From positions 383,691-447,690 of the forward strand of contig CAWAJR010000002.1 in NCBI GenBank assembly GCA_963782465.1: a stretch of DNA of 64,000 nucleotides, given 5' to 3'. The first letter of the stretch is position 1; each line of letters starts with the position of its first letter. The notes under the pieces were generated by a model. It worked only from the letters and a program-made list of their open reading frames with translations. It had not been told where the DNA came from and made no database searches. Positions 1 to 10,029 of this stretch are shown here, piece by piece. Origin of the DNA: an uncultured Actinomycetes bacterium (GTDB lineage: Bacteria; Actinomycetota; Acidimicrobiia; IMCC26256; PALSA-610). Both the position numbers and the translations under genes were made by a program.

Positions 1-285
1 CCCGCGCAACTCTTCGGCCTGCGCGACCGCGGCGAATTGCGAGAGGGTTACCGGGCCGACATCGTGGTGTTCGATCCCGAGACGATCGCGTGCGACGAAG
101 TTCACCTCGTCGACGACCTGCCCGGCGGCTCGGCGCGTCTCTACGCCGACGCCATCGGCGTGCAGCGCGTGCTCGTGAACGGCACGACGAGCGTGATCGA
201 CGGCAAGGCGACCGACGCCCGCGCGGGCACGGTGATGCGCTCCGGCCGCGACACCCGAACGGTGCCGATCCCGGCCGACGCCTGA
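1..285 (+). CDS. 3' end of an amidohydrolase-superfamily gene (D-aminoacylase / N-acyl-D-amino-acid deacylase-like); 5' end lies outside the window
   Basis: Frame 1 is open from base 1 to TGA at 283-285. The translation ..LFGLRDRGELREGYRADIVVFDPETI..VLVNG.. looks like the C-terminal segment of D-aminoacylases. Codons are GC3-rich. Confidence 0.6.
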   Translation, partial: PAQLFGLRDRGELREGYRADIVVFDPETIACDEVHLVDDLPGGSARLYADAIGVQRVLVNGTTSVIDGKATDARAGTVMRSGRDTRTVPIPADA

Positions 286-352
286 CGTTGCGGGCGGCCC
301 GGGCCGCCCGGCGTTCGGAGCCGCACCGCAGGGTGGTTGGTATTCTGCGCCG

Positions 353-1648
353 GTGAGCGACCTTCTCGAACGACTCGATGCGCGCACGGCACGCATCGCG
401 ATCCTCGGCCAGGGCTATGTCGGCCTGGTCGTGGCGATGCGAGCGAGCGAGGCGGGCTTCCCCGTCGTCGGGTACGAGCCCGACCCCCGTCGTTACGAGG
501 CGCTGTGCGACGCACGCAGCTACGTCGTCGACGTTCCCGACGAAGTACTCCAGGCGGCACTCGACCGCGGGTACCGCCCGACGACCGACCCGGCCGACCT
601 CGCCGGGTTCGACGTCGCGGTGATCAGCGTCCCGACCCCGCTGCACGAGGGCCTTCCCGACCTGTCGTTCGTGACGTCGGCCGCCGAGGCGACCGCTGCG
701 GCCCTGCAGCCCGGCGCGCTCGTGATCCTCGAATCGACGACCTACCCGGGGACGACCGAGGAGCTGGTCGCACCGATCCTCGAGCGGGTCACCGGCCTGC
801 AGCCCGGCACCGACTACCTGCTCGGGTACTCCCCCGAACGGATCGACCCCGGCAACCCGCTCTACGGCCTCACGAACACGCCCAAGGTGATCTCCGGGGT
901 CGACGAAGCGTCGCTCGAAGCGGTGCGCCGTTTCTACGGGACCTTCGTCGAGAAGCTCGTACCGATGGACAGCACCGCCGACGCCGAATTGGTGAAGCTC
1001 ATCGAGAACACGTTCCGGCACGTCAACATCGCGCTCATGAACGAACTGGCGGTGTTCGCGAGCGAACTCGGCATGAACGTGTGGAAGGCCGTCGACGCGG
1101 CGGCGACGAAACCGTTCGGGTTCATGCCGTTCTACCCGGGCCCCGGCGTCGGCGGCCATTGCCTGCCCGTCGATCCGAGCTACCTGTCGTGGCGGGTGAA
1201 ACGCCAGCTCGGGCACACGTTCCGCTTCGTCGAACTCGCCAACGAAGTGAACGACCACATGCCGGCCTACGTGGTGCGCCGTATCGGCGATCAGCTCAAC
1301 CGCGACGAGAAAGCCTTCCACGGTTCGCGCGTGCTGGTACTCGGCCTCGCGTACAAGCCCAACACCGGCGACGCGCGCGAGTCGCCCAGCCTGCCGGTGA
1401 TCGAGGGCCTGCGCCGCCTTGGCGCAACGGTCGCGATCGCGGAGCCCTACGTCGAAGACATGCGCCTCTCCCCCGACATCGAACGGGTCGAGTGCACGCC
1501 GGAGGAAGTGCGAGCCGCCGACATCGTCGTCATCATCACCGACCACGACGAGTTCGACTACGAGATGGTCCAGCGCGAGGCAGCCCGCATCTTCGACACC
1601 CGTAACCGCTACCGCGACTCCGGCGCCGCCAACGTCGAACGCCTCTAG
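353..1648 (+). CDS. Nucleotide-sugar 6-dehydrogenase (UDP-glucose/GDP-mannose dehydrogenase family; WbpA/TviB-like)
   Basis: 431-aa ORF with the Rossmann motif ILGQGYVGL and the catalytic-Cys motif GPGVGGHCLPVDPSYL. The three-domain layout is typical of the family. GTG start. Confidence 0.9.
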   Translation: MSDLLERLDARTARIAILGQGYVGLVVAMRASEAGFPVVGYEPDPRRYEALCDARSYVVDVPDEVLQAALDRGYRPTTDPADLAGFDVAVISVPTPLHEGLPDLSFVTSAAEATAAALQPGALVILESTTYPGTTEELVAPILERVTGLQPGTDYLLGYSPERIDPGNPLYGLTNTPKVISGVDEASLEAVRRFYGTFVEKLVPMDSTADAELVKLIENTFRHVNIALMNELAVFASELGMNVWKAVDAAATKPFGFMPFYPGPGVGGHCLPVDPSYLSWRVKRQLGHTFRFVELANEVNDHMPAYVVRRIGDQLNRDEKAFHGSRVLVLGLAYKPNTGDARESPSLPVIEGLRRLGATVAIAEPYVEDMRLSPDIERVECTPEEVRAADIVVIITDHDEFDYEMVQREAARIFDTRNRYRDSGAANVERL

Positions 1649-1659
1649 GGCGAGAGACC

Positions 1660-2586
1660 ATGCAAGCACTCGTGACCGGCGGCGCCGGCTTCATCGGCTC
1701 CAACCTCGCCGACCGTCTCCTCGCCGACGGTCATTCGGTTCGCATCCTCGACGATCTCTTCACCGGCTTCCGCGACAACGTTGCGGCCGCGGCCGAGTTC
1801 GTCGAGGGCAGCGTGGCCGACGAAGCGCTCGTGCGCGACGCGGTCGCCGGTTGCGACGTCGTGTTCCACCAGGCCGCGCACAAGGCGGTGCTGCGGTCGG
1901 TCGAACAACCGCTCACGACCGATATGGCGAACACGCACGGCACGCTCACCGTGCTGAAAGCCGCGCTCGACGGCGGCGTGCGCCGCGTCGTCTACGCGTC
2001 TTCGAGCAGCGTGTACGGCGGCGCCGATGTGGTGCCGACACCGGAATCGCAGCCGCTGATGCCCCGGTCGCCGTACGCGGTGAGCAAGTTGGCCGCCGAG
2101 CACTACTGCCGCGTGTTCCACGAGCTGTACGGCCTCGAGACGGTCGCGCTGCGTTACTTCAACGTGTTCGGGCCGCGTCAACGCCCCGACTCGACGTACG
2201 CGGCGGTGATCCCGTTGTTCATCGACGCGCTGCTTTCCGGCCGGCCGCCGACGGTGCACGGCGACGGCGGCCAGAGTCGCGACTTCACCTACATCGACGA
2301 TGTCGTCGACGTGAACCTCGCGGCCGCGACGGCGCCGGCCGCGGCGTGCGCAGGGAACGTCTACAACGTGGCCGGCGGCGACGACACCACCCTGCTCGAA
2401 CTTCTCGCCGTGCTCGGTCGCGTGCTCGAGGTCACCCCCGAACCGACCTTCGAGCCGCCGCGCGCCGGCGACGTGCGCCGCAGCCGCGGCGACGGTCGCG
2501 CCGCGACACGAGATCTCGGTTTCACCTGCCGGGTGCCCCTCGAAGCAGGATTGCGCTCGACGGTCGACTGGTTACGTACCCGCTGA
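1660..2586 (+). CDS. NAD-dependent nucleotide-sugar epimerase/dehydratase (extended SDR)
   Basis: Contains VTGGAGFIGSNL, SSSSVYG and YAVSKLAAE (YxxxK). It starts 11 nt after the upstream stop, so it is probably co-transcribed. Confidence 0.9.
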   Translation: MQALVTGGAGFIGSNLADRLLADGHSVRILDDLFTGFRDNVAAAAEFVEGSVADEALVRDAVAGCDVVFHQAAHKAVLRSVEQPLTTDMANTHGTLTVLKAALDGGVRRVVYASSSSVYGGADVVPTPESQPLMPRSPYAVSKLAAEHYCRVFHELYGLETVALRYFNVFGPRQRPDSTYAAVIPLFIDALLSGRPPTVHGDGGQSRDFTYIDDVVDVNLAAATAPAAACAGNVYNVAGGDDTTLLELLAVLGRVLEVTPEPTFEPPRAGDVRRSRGDGRAATRDLGFTCRVPLEAGLRSTVDWLRTR

Positions 2587-2595
2587 CGCGAACGG

Positions 2596-4097
2596 TCAGT
2601 ACGCGCCCTTGTGGCGCAAGAGCACCGGGAACGTGCGCAAGATGATCATGAGGTCGGTGATCAGCGACCAGTTGTCGACGTAGTAGAGGTCGAGCCGTTC
2701 GTACTGTTCGAACGACGCGTTGCTGCGACCGTTCACCTGCCACATGCCGGTGACGCCCGGTTTGACCCGTAACCGTTGCCGCAGACGGGGCGCCCACTTC
2801 GCCGCTTCCGACGGGAGCGCGGGGCGGCGCCGACCATGCTCATCTCGCCCCGCAGCACGTTGAACAGCTGCGGGATTTCGTCGATCGAGAACCGTCGCAA
2901 GACGCGCCCGACGCGCGTGGTGCGCGGGTCGTTCCGGATCTTGAACAGCGGACCGTCGGCTTCGTTCTCGGCTTCGAGCTCCGCCAGGCGCAACTCCGCG
3001 TCGACCGCCATCGTGCGGAACTTGAAGATGGTGAACAGCTCGCCGTCTTTGCCGATGCGCCGCTGGCGGAAGAACACCGGCCCGGGCGAATCGAGCTTGA
3101 TACAGAGCGCGACCAGCAGCGTGAGCGGCGCCGAGATCAGCAGCCCCGCACTGGCGATGGCGACATCGGAGGTGCGCTTCGCGGCGCCTCGCCAGCCCGA
3201 GCGCCGTACCGGAGCAAGGCACACGACCGGGTACCGCCCGAGCGGGCGGACGAGTAGACGCTGCGACGCGACGTCGCGCAGGGTCGAGGACAGCTCGACG
3301 TGCACTCCCGCATCGACCATTTCGCGCGCGAGGTCGTTGCACGTGTCCGCGTCGATCGCGGTCGTCGCGACGACGATGCCGGTGGCGTTGGTCGCCCGCA
3401 CGGCGTCGAGGGTTTTGGACGTCGGGCCGAAGATGACGCGTGAACCGTCGGACGTACGCATGTCGTCGACGAAACCGAGGACGCGGTAGCCGAGCCACGG
3501 TTGGTTGTCGAGCATGTCGGCGATCGCGTGGCCTTCGCCGTTGGCCCCCACGATGATCACGGGGCGCATCATGCGGCCGCGCCGGCGCAACGCCTCGAAC
3601 ACACGGCGGGTTGCTTCACGGTCCGACGCGACGAACGCGAGCGAGAAGGCGAACGTCAGCAGGAGCCACCGCCGCGCGACGGTGACCTGCAACGAGTACG
3701 CACCCAGTGTCATCAACGCGACGGCGACGACAACGGCGTGGAACACCTGGCGGTACTCCTGCGTGCGCGAGGTGATGCGACGCGACGAGTAGAGGCCGTA
3801 GCGCGCGAACACCGCGAGCCACACCGGGACGCTGCCGACGGCGAAGAGCAGGTACCGGTGCGCGGGCTGGCTCCCGTGAACCTCGGCGACGTCGCCCAGC
3901 ACGTAGGCGAGCAGCATCGCCGCAAGGATCGCGACGGAATCGGCGAGCCCGCTCGCCGCTTTCGGGAAGTACGCGCGGCGCCACGGCGTGCGAGCACCGA
4001 TCTGCTCCACATCCGGTGTTTCGAAGGAGGGCGCCCGTTCACCCCCCAGCAACCGAACCGCCATTCCCACTTCCCCCAGACGCCGCAGTTGCGGCAT
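2596..4097 (-). pseudogene. Polyprenyl-phosphate glycosyl-phosphotransferase (WbaP / bacterial sugar transferase family), frame broken by a 1-nt indel near 2821-2837
   Basis: ORF 2733..4388 carries the TM-rich N-terminus and ..SPGPVFFRQRRIG..FKFRTM..DEIPQLFNVLRGEMSMVG. The conserved C-terminus (RPALPSE..KPGVTGMWQVNGRS..LDLYYVDNWSL..KGAY) continues in another frame (ORF 2596..3498). The span is 1502 nt, which is 3n+2. Likely start is ATG 4097, alternatively 4064. Confidence 0.85.
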
Positions 4098-4440
4098 TTC
4101 GTCGTAGTGCTGTGACCTGCGACGCGGCGTGCACGTTTCGTGACACTCCGCGCCCGCGTTCCCGGTATTGCCAGTTCCCCCCAGCCCGTGCAGTCCACGG
4201 CAGCACGCATCGTAACCACGGAGCGTGTTACCCGGCATGTCGAGCCGACGACGCTTCCGCCCAAACCCATGGTCGGCGCCCGCCATCGGTGCGTCGATGT
4301 CAGATGGCACGCACCACGCCCCGTATTCGCGCCAGGAGCGCGATGCGGATGGTGCGGCGACCGTTCGCATTCTGCACGAACTACGCATTCACGCTGAATC
4401 GCCACATTTCTTTTCTTCGTGGCGCTCGAGGCGCGGCGCT

Positions 4441-5352
4441 TCACGCGATGTCGGCGATACCGGCTTCCATCCGCTTGAACGCCCAGTAACCGCCGAAGAA
4501 CCACACCGCGGCACCCAGCCCGGCCAGCGCGAGGTACTGGCCGCGCGGCGGGGCACCGATGAGCACGGTGCGCCGTAAGGCGTCGATCGTCGGACCGAGC
4601 GGGTTGATGAACGCGTACGCGGCACGAGCCGAACGCGGGATGACGTCCCAGCCGAACCCGACGGGCGTGACGAAGAGCCCGAACTGCAGCGCGAGCGGGA
4701 GTGCGGTGCGAAGGTCGCGGATGTACACGACGAGGACCGAGCACAGGATCGCGGCGCCGGTGACGAAGGCCAGCATGATCACGAGGATCAGCGGCACCCA
4801 GATGCTCTCCGGCCGCGGCATGAACTGCAAGACGACGAACAGCACCACGAGCGCGAGCAACGAGAGCACGGCATCGAAACCGGCGACTTCCACACCGCTC
4901 AGCGGGAAGACCTCGCGGGGGCAGGGAACCTTGTTGATCAGCGTGATATTGCTCACGATGCTCGTCGCTCCGTTGCCGATCGCGTTCGAGAAGAACGTCC
5001 ACGGCACGAGCGCAACGTAGGAGAACAAGGGGTACGGCACGTTGTCGGGGACGCCGAGCTTGTGGCCCGTCCCGATCCGCTGGAACAGCACCGTGAAGGC
5101 CACCATCATGACCAACGGCGTGAGGATCGACCAGGCGAAGCCGAGCACCGCCTGCTTGTAGCGCGAGCGGATCGAACGCTCGGCGAGGCTCCGGGTCACT
5201 TCCCGGGCCTCCCACGCGGCGCGTACCGTCCCCACGATCGACAGCCGCACGCGGTACCGCAGCTCGGGCGGCGGCGTGTCGGCGACGACCGGCGCGGCGA
5301 CGGCCAGCTGTTGCGTGAAGCGGGATTCGGGTTCGGTCTCGTCTTCGTTCAC
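4441..5352 (-). CDS. wzm: ABC-2 type polysaccharide export permease (Wzm/TagG-like)
   Basis: The 303-aa C-terminal part of ORF 4441..6156 has six hydrophobic spans and the ABC-2 pattern (..SRYKQAVLGFAWSILTPL..). GTG at 5352 is the first start that does not overlap the divergent GT2 gene. Confidence 0.85.
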   Translation of the reverse strand: MNEDETEPESRFTQQLAVAAPVVADTPPPELRYRVRLSIVGTVRAAWEAREVTRSLAERSIRSRYKQAVLGFAWSILTPLVMMVAFTVLFQRIGTGHKLGVPDNVPYPLFSYVALVPWTFFSNAIGNGATSIVSNITLINKVPCPREVFPLSGVEVAGFDAVLSLLALVVLFVVLQFMPRPESIWVPLILVIMLAFVTGAAILCSVLVVYIRDLRTALPLALQFGLFVTPVGFGWDVIPRSARAAYAFINPLGPTIDALRRTVLIGAPPRGQYLALAGLGAAVWFFGGYWAFKRMEAGIADIA

Positions 5353-5460
5353 GGGCGTGACTGTTCCTCCATCACCAGCGGGGCATCGTACCGGGCCGCC
5401 CCGGGACGATTTCGGGCCCGCGCCGGTACACTCGTCGGGGTTACGACGACGCGGGGGCTC

Positions 5461-6378
5461 ATGGACGGCGATCGCAAACACCACGCGGCCCCAGCCGGCC
5501 GGTCGGCGCGGCCGGCGCCCACGATCAGCGTCATCATCCCCTGCCGGAACGCGGCCACGACGTTGCCCGACCAGCTCGAGGCACTCGCCAAGCAGGACTT
5601 CGACGGGTCGTTCGAGGTCGTCGTGGCCGACAACGGCTCTACCGACGGCAGCCGCGCCGTCGCCGCGAAGTTCGCCGACCGGCTCCCGAAGCTCGCCGTC
5701 GTCGACGCATCGCGCCGACGCGGCCAGGCGTACGCGCGCAATGCCGGCGCGCGCATCGCGACCGGCGACGCACTCTGCTTCGTCGACGCCGACGACGTCG
5801 TCGCGCCCGGCTATCTCACCGCCATGGCAACCGCGCTCGAGGAACACGAGTTCGTTTCGGCTTCGTTCGACTCGAACTCGCTGAACGAAGGCTGGGTACG
5901 CAGGACCCGGCAGGCCTACCAAGAGAACGAGATCAGCCAGACACTCGGCTTTCTGCCCTTTGTCGGCGGCGGCGGCATGGGGATCCGTCGCGAACTGTTC
6001 TGGCGCGTCGGCGGCTTCGACGAAACGTGGTGGGGCGCATGCGAAGACGTCGACTTCTGCTGGCGAACGCAGCGAGAAGGAGCGTCGCTCTTCTTCGTTC
6101 CCGACGCGACGGTTGCGATCCGCTGGCGTTCGACACTGCGCGACCTCTACCGCCAAGGTCGCAACTACGGCCGGGGAGAGCCATACCTGTACCGGGAGTA
6201 CCGAGCGGCCGGAATGCCGGGTACAGGGCTACGACAAGCGTTGAATGAATGGCGCGCGCTGGTAGCGCGTTTGCCATACCTCCGCTCGCGGGGGCAATTT
6301 GCGAACTGGGTCAGGCGTCTGGGGCGAAAATTGGGACGACTGGAAGGAAGCCTGCGCGCACACGTCTTCTACGTTTGA
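5461..6378 (+). CDS. Family-2 glycosyltransferase
   Basis: Contains ISVIIPCRNAA..EVVVADNGSTDGS..FVDADD (GT-A DxD). ATG 5461 lies inside the longer listed ORF 5062..6378. Confidence 0.85.
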   Translation: MDGDRKHHAAPAGRSARPAPTISVIIPCRNAATTLPDQLEALAKQDFDGSFEVVVADNGSTDGSRAVAAKFADRLPKLAVVDASRRRGQAYARNAGARIATGDALCFVDADDVVAPGYLTAMATALEEHEFVSASFDSNSLNEGWVRRTRQAYQENEISQTLGFLPFVGGGGMGIRRELFWRVGGFDETWWGACEDVDFCWRTQREGASLFFVPDATVAIRWRSTLRDLYRQGRNYGRGEPYLYREYRAAGMPGTGLRQALNEWRALVARLPYLRSRGQFANWVRRLGRKLGRLEGSLRAHVFYV

Positions 6379-6397
6379 ACAACTGGAGGACGAAGCA

Positions 6398-7270
6398 GTG
6401 AGTATCGCGACACGGATGCAGGATCGCGCGCGGGCAACGACGAAGCGCCTGACCCAGCAGGCCGGGGAGCGTTTCGAGTGGGGTTTCCAGCGCGCGCTCG
6501 CGACACGCGCTGAACGCGTCGAGCTGAACCCTTATCAAGAAGCGTTCACCCGGTGGAATGCACAACGACTCGGCATCACCCTCGAAGAAAGTCGAGCGCG
6601 CCTCGTGGCGTCGATACGGACGCTACGCGGCGGCCACTCCGGCCTCGCCTTCCGTATCTTCAACGACCTCAGCCATGCGATCTACCAGCCGTTCGTGACC
6701 GACACCGAGCGCGAGGTCTACGCGGCGTACGAGTTCCACTCGTCGGCGCACTTCCTGCGCACGCTGTCGCAGGGGCCGCCAAACTGGCCCGCCGACCATC
6801 CGGTGCTGCGTACGTTCGGCGAGGCCCCGGCGGTCAGCATCCTCGACTTCGGCTGCGGCATGGCGCAACCGTCGATCTCGCTCGCACAACGCCTGATGGC
6901 ACTCGGGACGCGGCCTCGTCTGCTGTTGGCCGACATCCCGACGTTGCGGTTCGAATTCGTCGGTTGGCTCGCCGCCGATTGGGGCATCGAGGCTCGCCAG
7001 TACCCCTGCACACCCGAGCGGCCGGTTCCGGAGATCGAGAAGTGCGATGTGCTGATCGCACGGGAGTTCTTCGAGCACGTGTACGACCCCGTCGGCTACC
7101 TCGAGGTGCTCGACCGCTTGCTGCTCCCGGGCGGCATGCTCGTCACGAACGTCGCCGACCACCACGACGAGTTCATGCACGTGTCACCCGACCTCGCGCC
7201 GCTGCGGGACTCGCTCGTGAACCTCGGTTACGACACCGTGCTGGCGAACCGGGTGTTCCGGAAGCGCTAA
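6398..7270 (+). CDS. Class I SAM-dependent methyltransferase
   Basis: Motif I ILDFGCGMAQ and the post-I acidic LLLAD. GGAGGA sits 8 nt upstream of GTG 6398. It directly follows the GT2 gene. Confidence 0.7.
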   Translation: MSIATRMQDRARATTKRLTQQAGERFEWGFQRALATRAERVELNPYQEAFTRWNAQRLGITLEESRARLVASIRTLRGGHSGLAFRIFNDLSHAIYQPFVTDTEREVYAAYEFHSSAHFLRTLSQGPPNWPADHPVLRTFGEAPAVSILDFGCGMAQPSISLAQRLMALGTRPRLLLADIPTLRFEFVGWLAADWGIEARQYPCTPERPVPEIEKCDVLIAREFFEHVYDPVGYLEVLDRLLLPGGMLVTNVADHHDEFMHVSPDLAPLRDSLVNLGYDTVLANRVFRKR

Positions 7271-7273
7271 CTG

Positions 7274-7889
7274 CTAACGCTCGACGGCGGTCACGGTTGC
7301 GTCGCCCTTGTTCGTCGGCGTGAGTTGCATGATCCGGCTCGGCTTCTCGAACACCACCGCGCCGGCCGGCACGCTCGTGGTGACGAGCGCGTTCGGCCCG
7401 ATCTGTACGTCGTCGCCGATCTGCACCTCGCCCATGACCACCGCGCCGGCCGATCCGGACATGGTTGCCGAGGTGCGGTGCATCCTTCGTCCAACTGCGG
7501 GCACCGTCGCCGAGGGTGACGTTGTGGCGCAGGACGCAGTCGTCACCGATCGTCGCGTACGGGCTGATCACGACGCCGTGCTGGTGACCGAGGAGCAGCC
7601 GGCGGCCGATCTTCGTCTCGGCGTGCAGTTCGAAGCCGTAGAAGTTGCGCACGAACACGAACAACAGCCGGTGCACGCGGCGGGCGATCTTGCCCTCGAT
7701 GCCGCCACGCTCGCGCGCCCAGGCACCGAACCGCTGGACGGCCAACGCCTGGAAACCGGGCAGCGACCAGCGACCGCGATGGCGCGCCAGGTCTTCGCGC
7801 CACAGCGCGACGAGACCGAGTTCTTCGTCAGGGCGCTGGCGCCCTCGAGGTGCCGTTGCCATCATCACCTCCGGCGGTCGGTGCGCCAT
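7274..7889 (-). pseudogene. Hexapeptide-repeat acetyltransferase (CysE/WbpD-like), frame broken near 7441-7455
   Basis: ORF 7173..7961 gives ..GHQHGVVISPYATIGDDCVLRHNVTLG..HLGNHVRIG. The left-handed beta-helix continues in another frame (ORF 7274..7546: ..GAVVMGEVQIGDDVQIGPNALVTTSVPAGAVV..). The span is 616 nt, which is 3n+1. Confidence 0.75.
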
Positions 7890-7900
7890 TGTGCCCGACG

Positions 7901-8977
7901 TCAGTGCGTCGATGCTCGGAGCACCGATTCCACCTCGGCGACGAACTGCGCCGCGAGCCATTCCGGTTGCATGTCGTCGCGGCGGCTGTAGTCACGGGCG
8001 GCGTCGCAATATCGGGCGTAGGTCGCCGGGTCGTCCCACAACGACGCAAGTGCGGCAACCCACTCCTCGGTGGGTGCGTCGAAGTCGACCAACACGCCCC
8101 CCGGCCCTATCGCTTCGACGAGGGCCGGTACCCGGGCGCCGAGCACCGGGATCCCGTTCGACTGCGCCTCGGCAACCACGCGCGGCCGGCTGTCTTCGTA
8201 GGGTGCGAAGAGCACCCGGGCATCGGCGTAGATGCGGTCCAGTTCGCGCACCGACGGGCGTATCTCGACGTTCCCGAGCGGCTCGGCCTTCGCTTCCAGC
8301 TCGCGGCGGATCTCGGGTGTGAAGCGCCAGGCTTCCAGGAACACGAACGGGACGTCGGGCCGAGCCGCGGCGAGCGCCCATGCGATGTCGACGCCCTTGC
8401 GTTGCGAACGGGGGTTCACGAACAAGACGACCTCGCGGGTGCTGTCGGTCCGGTAGGCATCGGTTTCGACCACTGACGGGATCGTCGGGGGTTGCCAGCC
8501 CTTCGGGACGACGAGATCGGTGATCCGCTTCGCGTTGGTGATCACCGCAGTGGGTCTCACCGACCGGTCGTCGAGCAGGACGACACCCTCGACGTCGCGG
8601 AAGTAGTAGATCACCGGCAGGTCGCTCCGGAGCGCGGCACGGGCGACCGAACGGGCGAGGCCCAGCGTCATCCGGCCACCCACGTGCGCGACGACGACGT
8701 CGGGACGGAACGCGTCGATCACCGCTTCCGGCCCGCGGCTGACGTCGGCCGTGCGCCACGCGGGGTACGCGAACTGATCGTCGTCGACGAGGGTCGGGCG
8801 GGTCGGCCGCTTCAGCCGCGAAAGCACCGGGAACCGGACGTCATGAAATTCGTCGGTGGTGGTGAGCAACCCGACTTCGTGACCACGCTCCATCACGCGC
8901 AATGCGAGCTGGTGCGCACTGAGCTGGAGCCCACCCACGCGCGGGAGGTAATGCCGGCTGGTGAACAGCATGCGCAT
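7901..8977 (-). CDS. GT-B (family 4-like) glycosyltransferase
   Basis: 358-aa ORF. The C-terminal domain carries an E-x7-E-like motif (..RPRVVAEAQSNGIPVLGARVPALVEAI..). Confidence 0.8.
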   Translation of the reverse strand: MRMLFTSRHYLPRVGGLQLSAHQLALRVMERGHEVGLLTTTDEFHDVRFPVLSRLKRPTRPTLVDDDQFAYPAWRTADVSRGPEAVIDAFRPDVVVAHVGGRMTLGLARSVARAALRSDLPVIYYFRDVEGVVLLDDRSVRPTAVITNAKRITDLVVPKGWQPPTIPSVVETDAYRTDSTREVVLFVNPRSQRKGVDIAWALAAARPDVPFVFLEAWRFTPEIRRELEAKAEPLGNVEIRPSVRELDRIYADARVLFAPYEDSRPRVVAEAQSNGIPVLGARVPALVEAIGPGGVLVDFDAPTEEWVAALASLWDDPATYARYCDAARDYSRRDDMQPEWLAAQFVAEVESVLRASTH

Positions 8978-8983
8978 CGCCGC

Positions 8984-9938
8984 TTACCGGCCGATCCAGG
9001 CCTGCAACCGACGCTCGAAGGTGAGGCCGTCCCAGTCACCGACGTAGTAGCGCGGCACCCGGTACGGGTTGGTGAACCGGTCGACCCGATCCGGCACGCC
9101 CGTCACCGCGAGGTCGTAACCCGCGTCACGGGCGATGCGCACGCTCGTGGCGTCGAACGCGTCGGCCGACCCGAATGGGTACGCGAACGTCGGCACGGAC
9201 GTGCCGGTCCATTGCGCGAGGCGCGCCCGGCTGTCGACCACTTCCTGCCGCTGGGTCGCTTCGTCGATCATGCTCATCATCGGATGGCGCAAGGTATGCG
9301 AGCCGATCTCGACGACGGGGCTCGTCCCGAGCGCGCGGACGTCTTCCGGGCTGAGCACCGGGGGAACGCGCAGATCGGCCGTCGTCACGCCGAGTTGCGC
9401 GGCGACGTCGGCGACCACCCGTTCGATCTCTTCCGGCGGCCGGCGGCGAACGCGTCTGTGGATCGCTCGGTACGACGCCTCCCGCGACTCGTCGTTCATC
9501 TCGAGGTGCAGTGCCTCGCCGGCGATGTCGACATCGATCGCGGCGGCGGCCTCACCGGGGTGGTCGAGCATGATCGCGGCGAGCCGGTCCTGCCAGAAAC
9601 CGGTGCCCGCTTCGGTGACGCCGACGGTGACGAACATGGTCGCGGGCGCGCTGCGCGCCCGCAGGATCGGTTCGGCCACGGTCAGATTGTCGCAATATCC
9701 GTCGTCGAAGGTGAGCGCGACGCGGCCCGGCGCGTGGCCCCCTTCGAACCACCGTGGTGAGGGGCACGATGTCGGCGTGGCGGAGGATCACGTCGATCTG
9801 CGCCGCGAAACGGTCGTCGCGAACCCGCAGGCCGTGCAGGTCGCGGGCGTCGGGGCCGACCCGGTGGTACATGAGCACGATCGTCGGGGCACGCCGGTCG
9901 AGCAGGCGGCGCGCGACGCGGGTCGGGGAAGGAGGCAC
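8984..9938 (-). pseudogene. Polysaccharide deacetylase (NodB domain), frame broken near 9737-9755
   Basis: The N-terminus ..TIVLMYHRV..FAAQIDVILRHADIVPL.. is in ORF 9552..9938. The NodB core ..GRVALTFDDGY..EIGSHTLRHP..FAYPFG.. is in the frame of ORF 8984..9679. A run of five G lies at the junction. The span is 955 nt, which is 3n+1. Confidence 0.75.
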
Positions 9939-10029
9939 GAGTTACTAGGGTGACGGCTCCACAACGGGTGATGCAAACACTGGCCCACAACTGCCGATGA
10001 CCGCACGCGACCCACAGGCCGGAGGGCCG

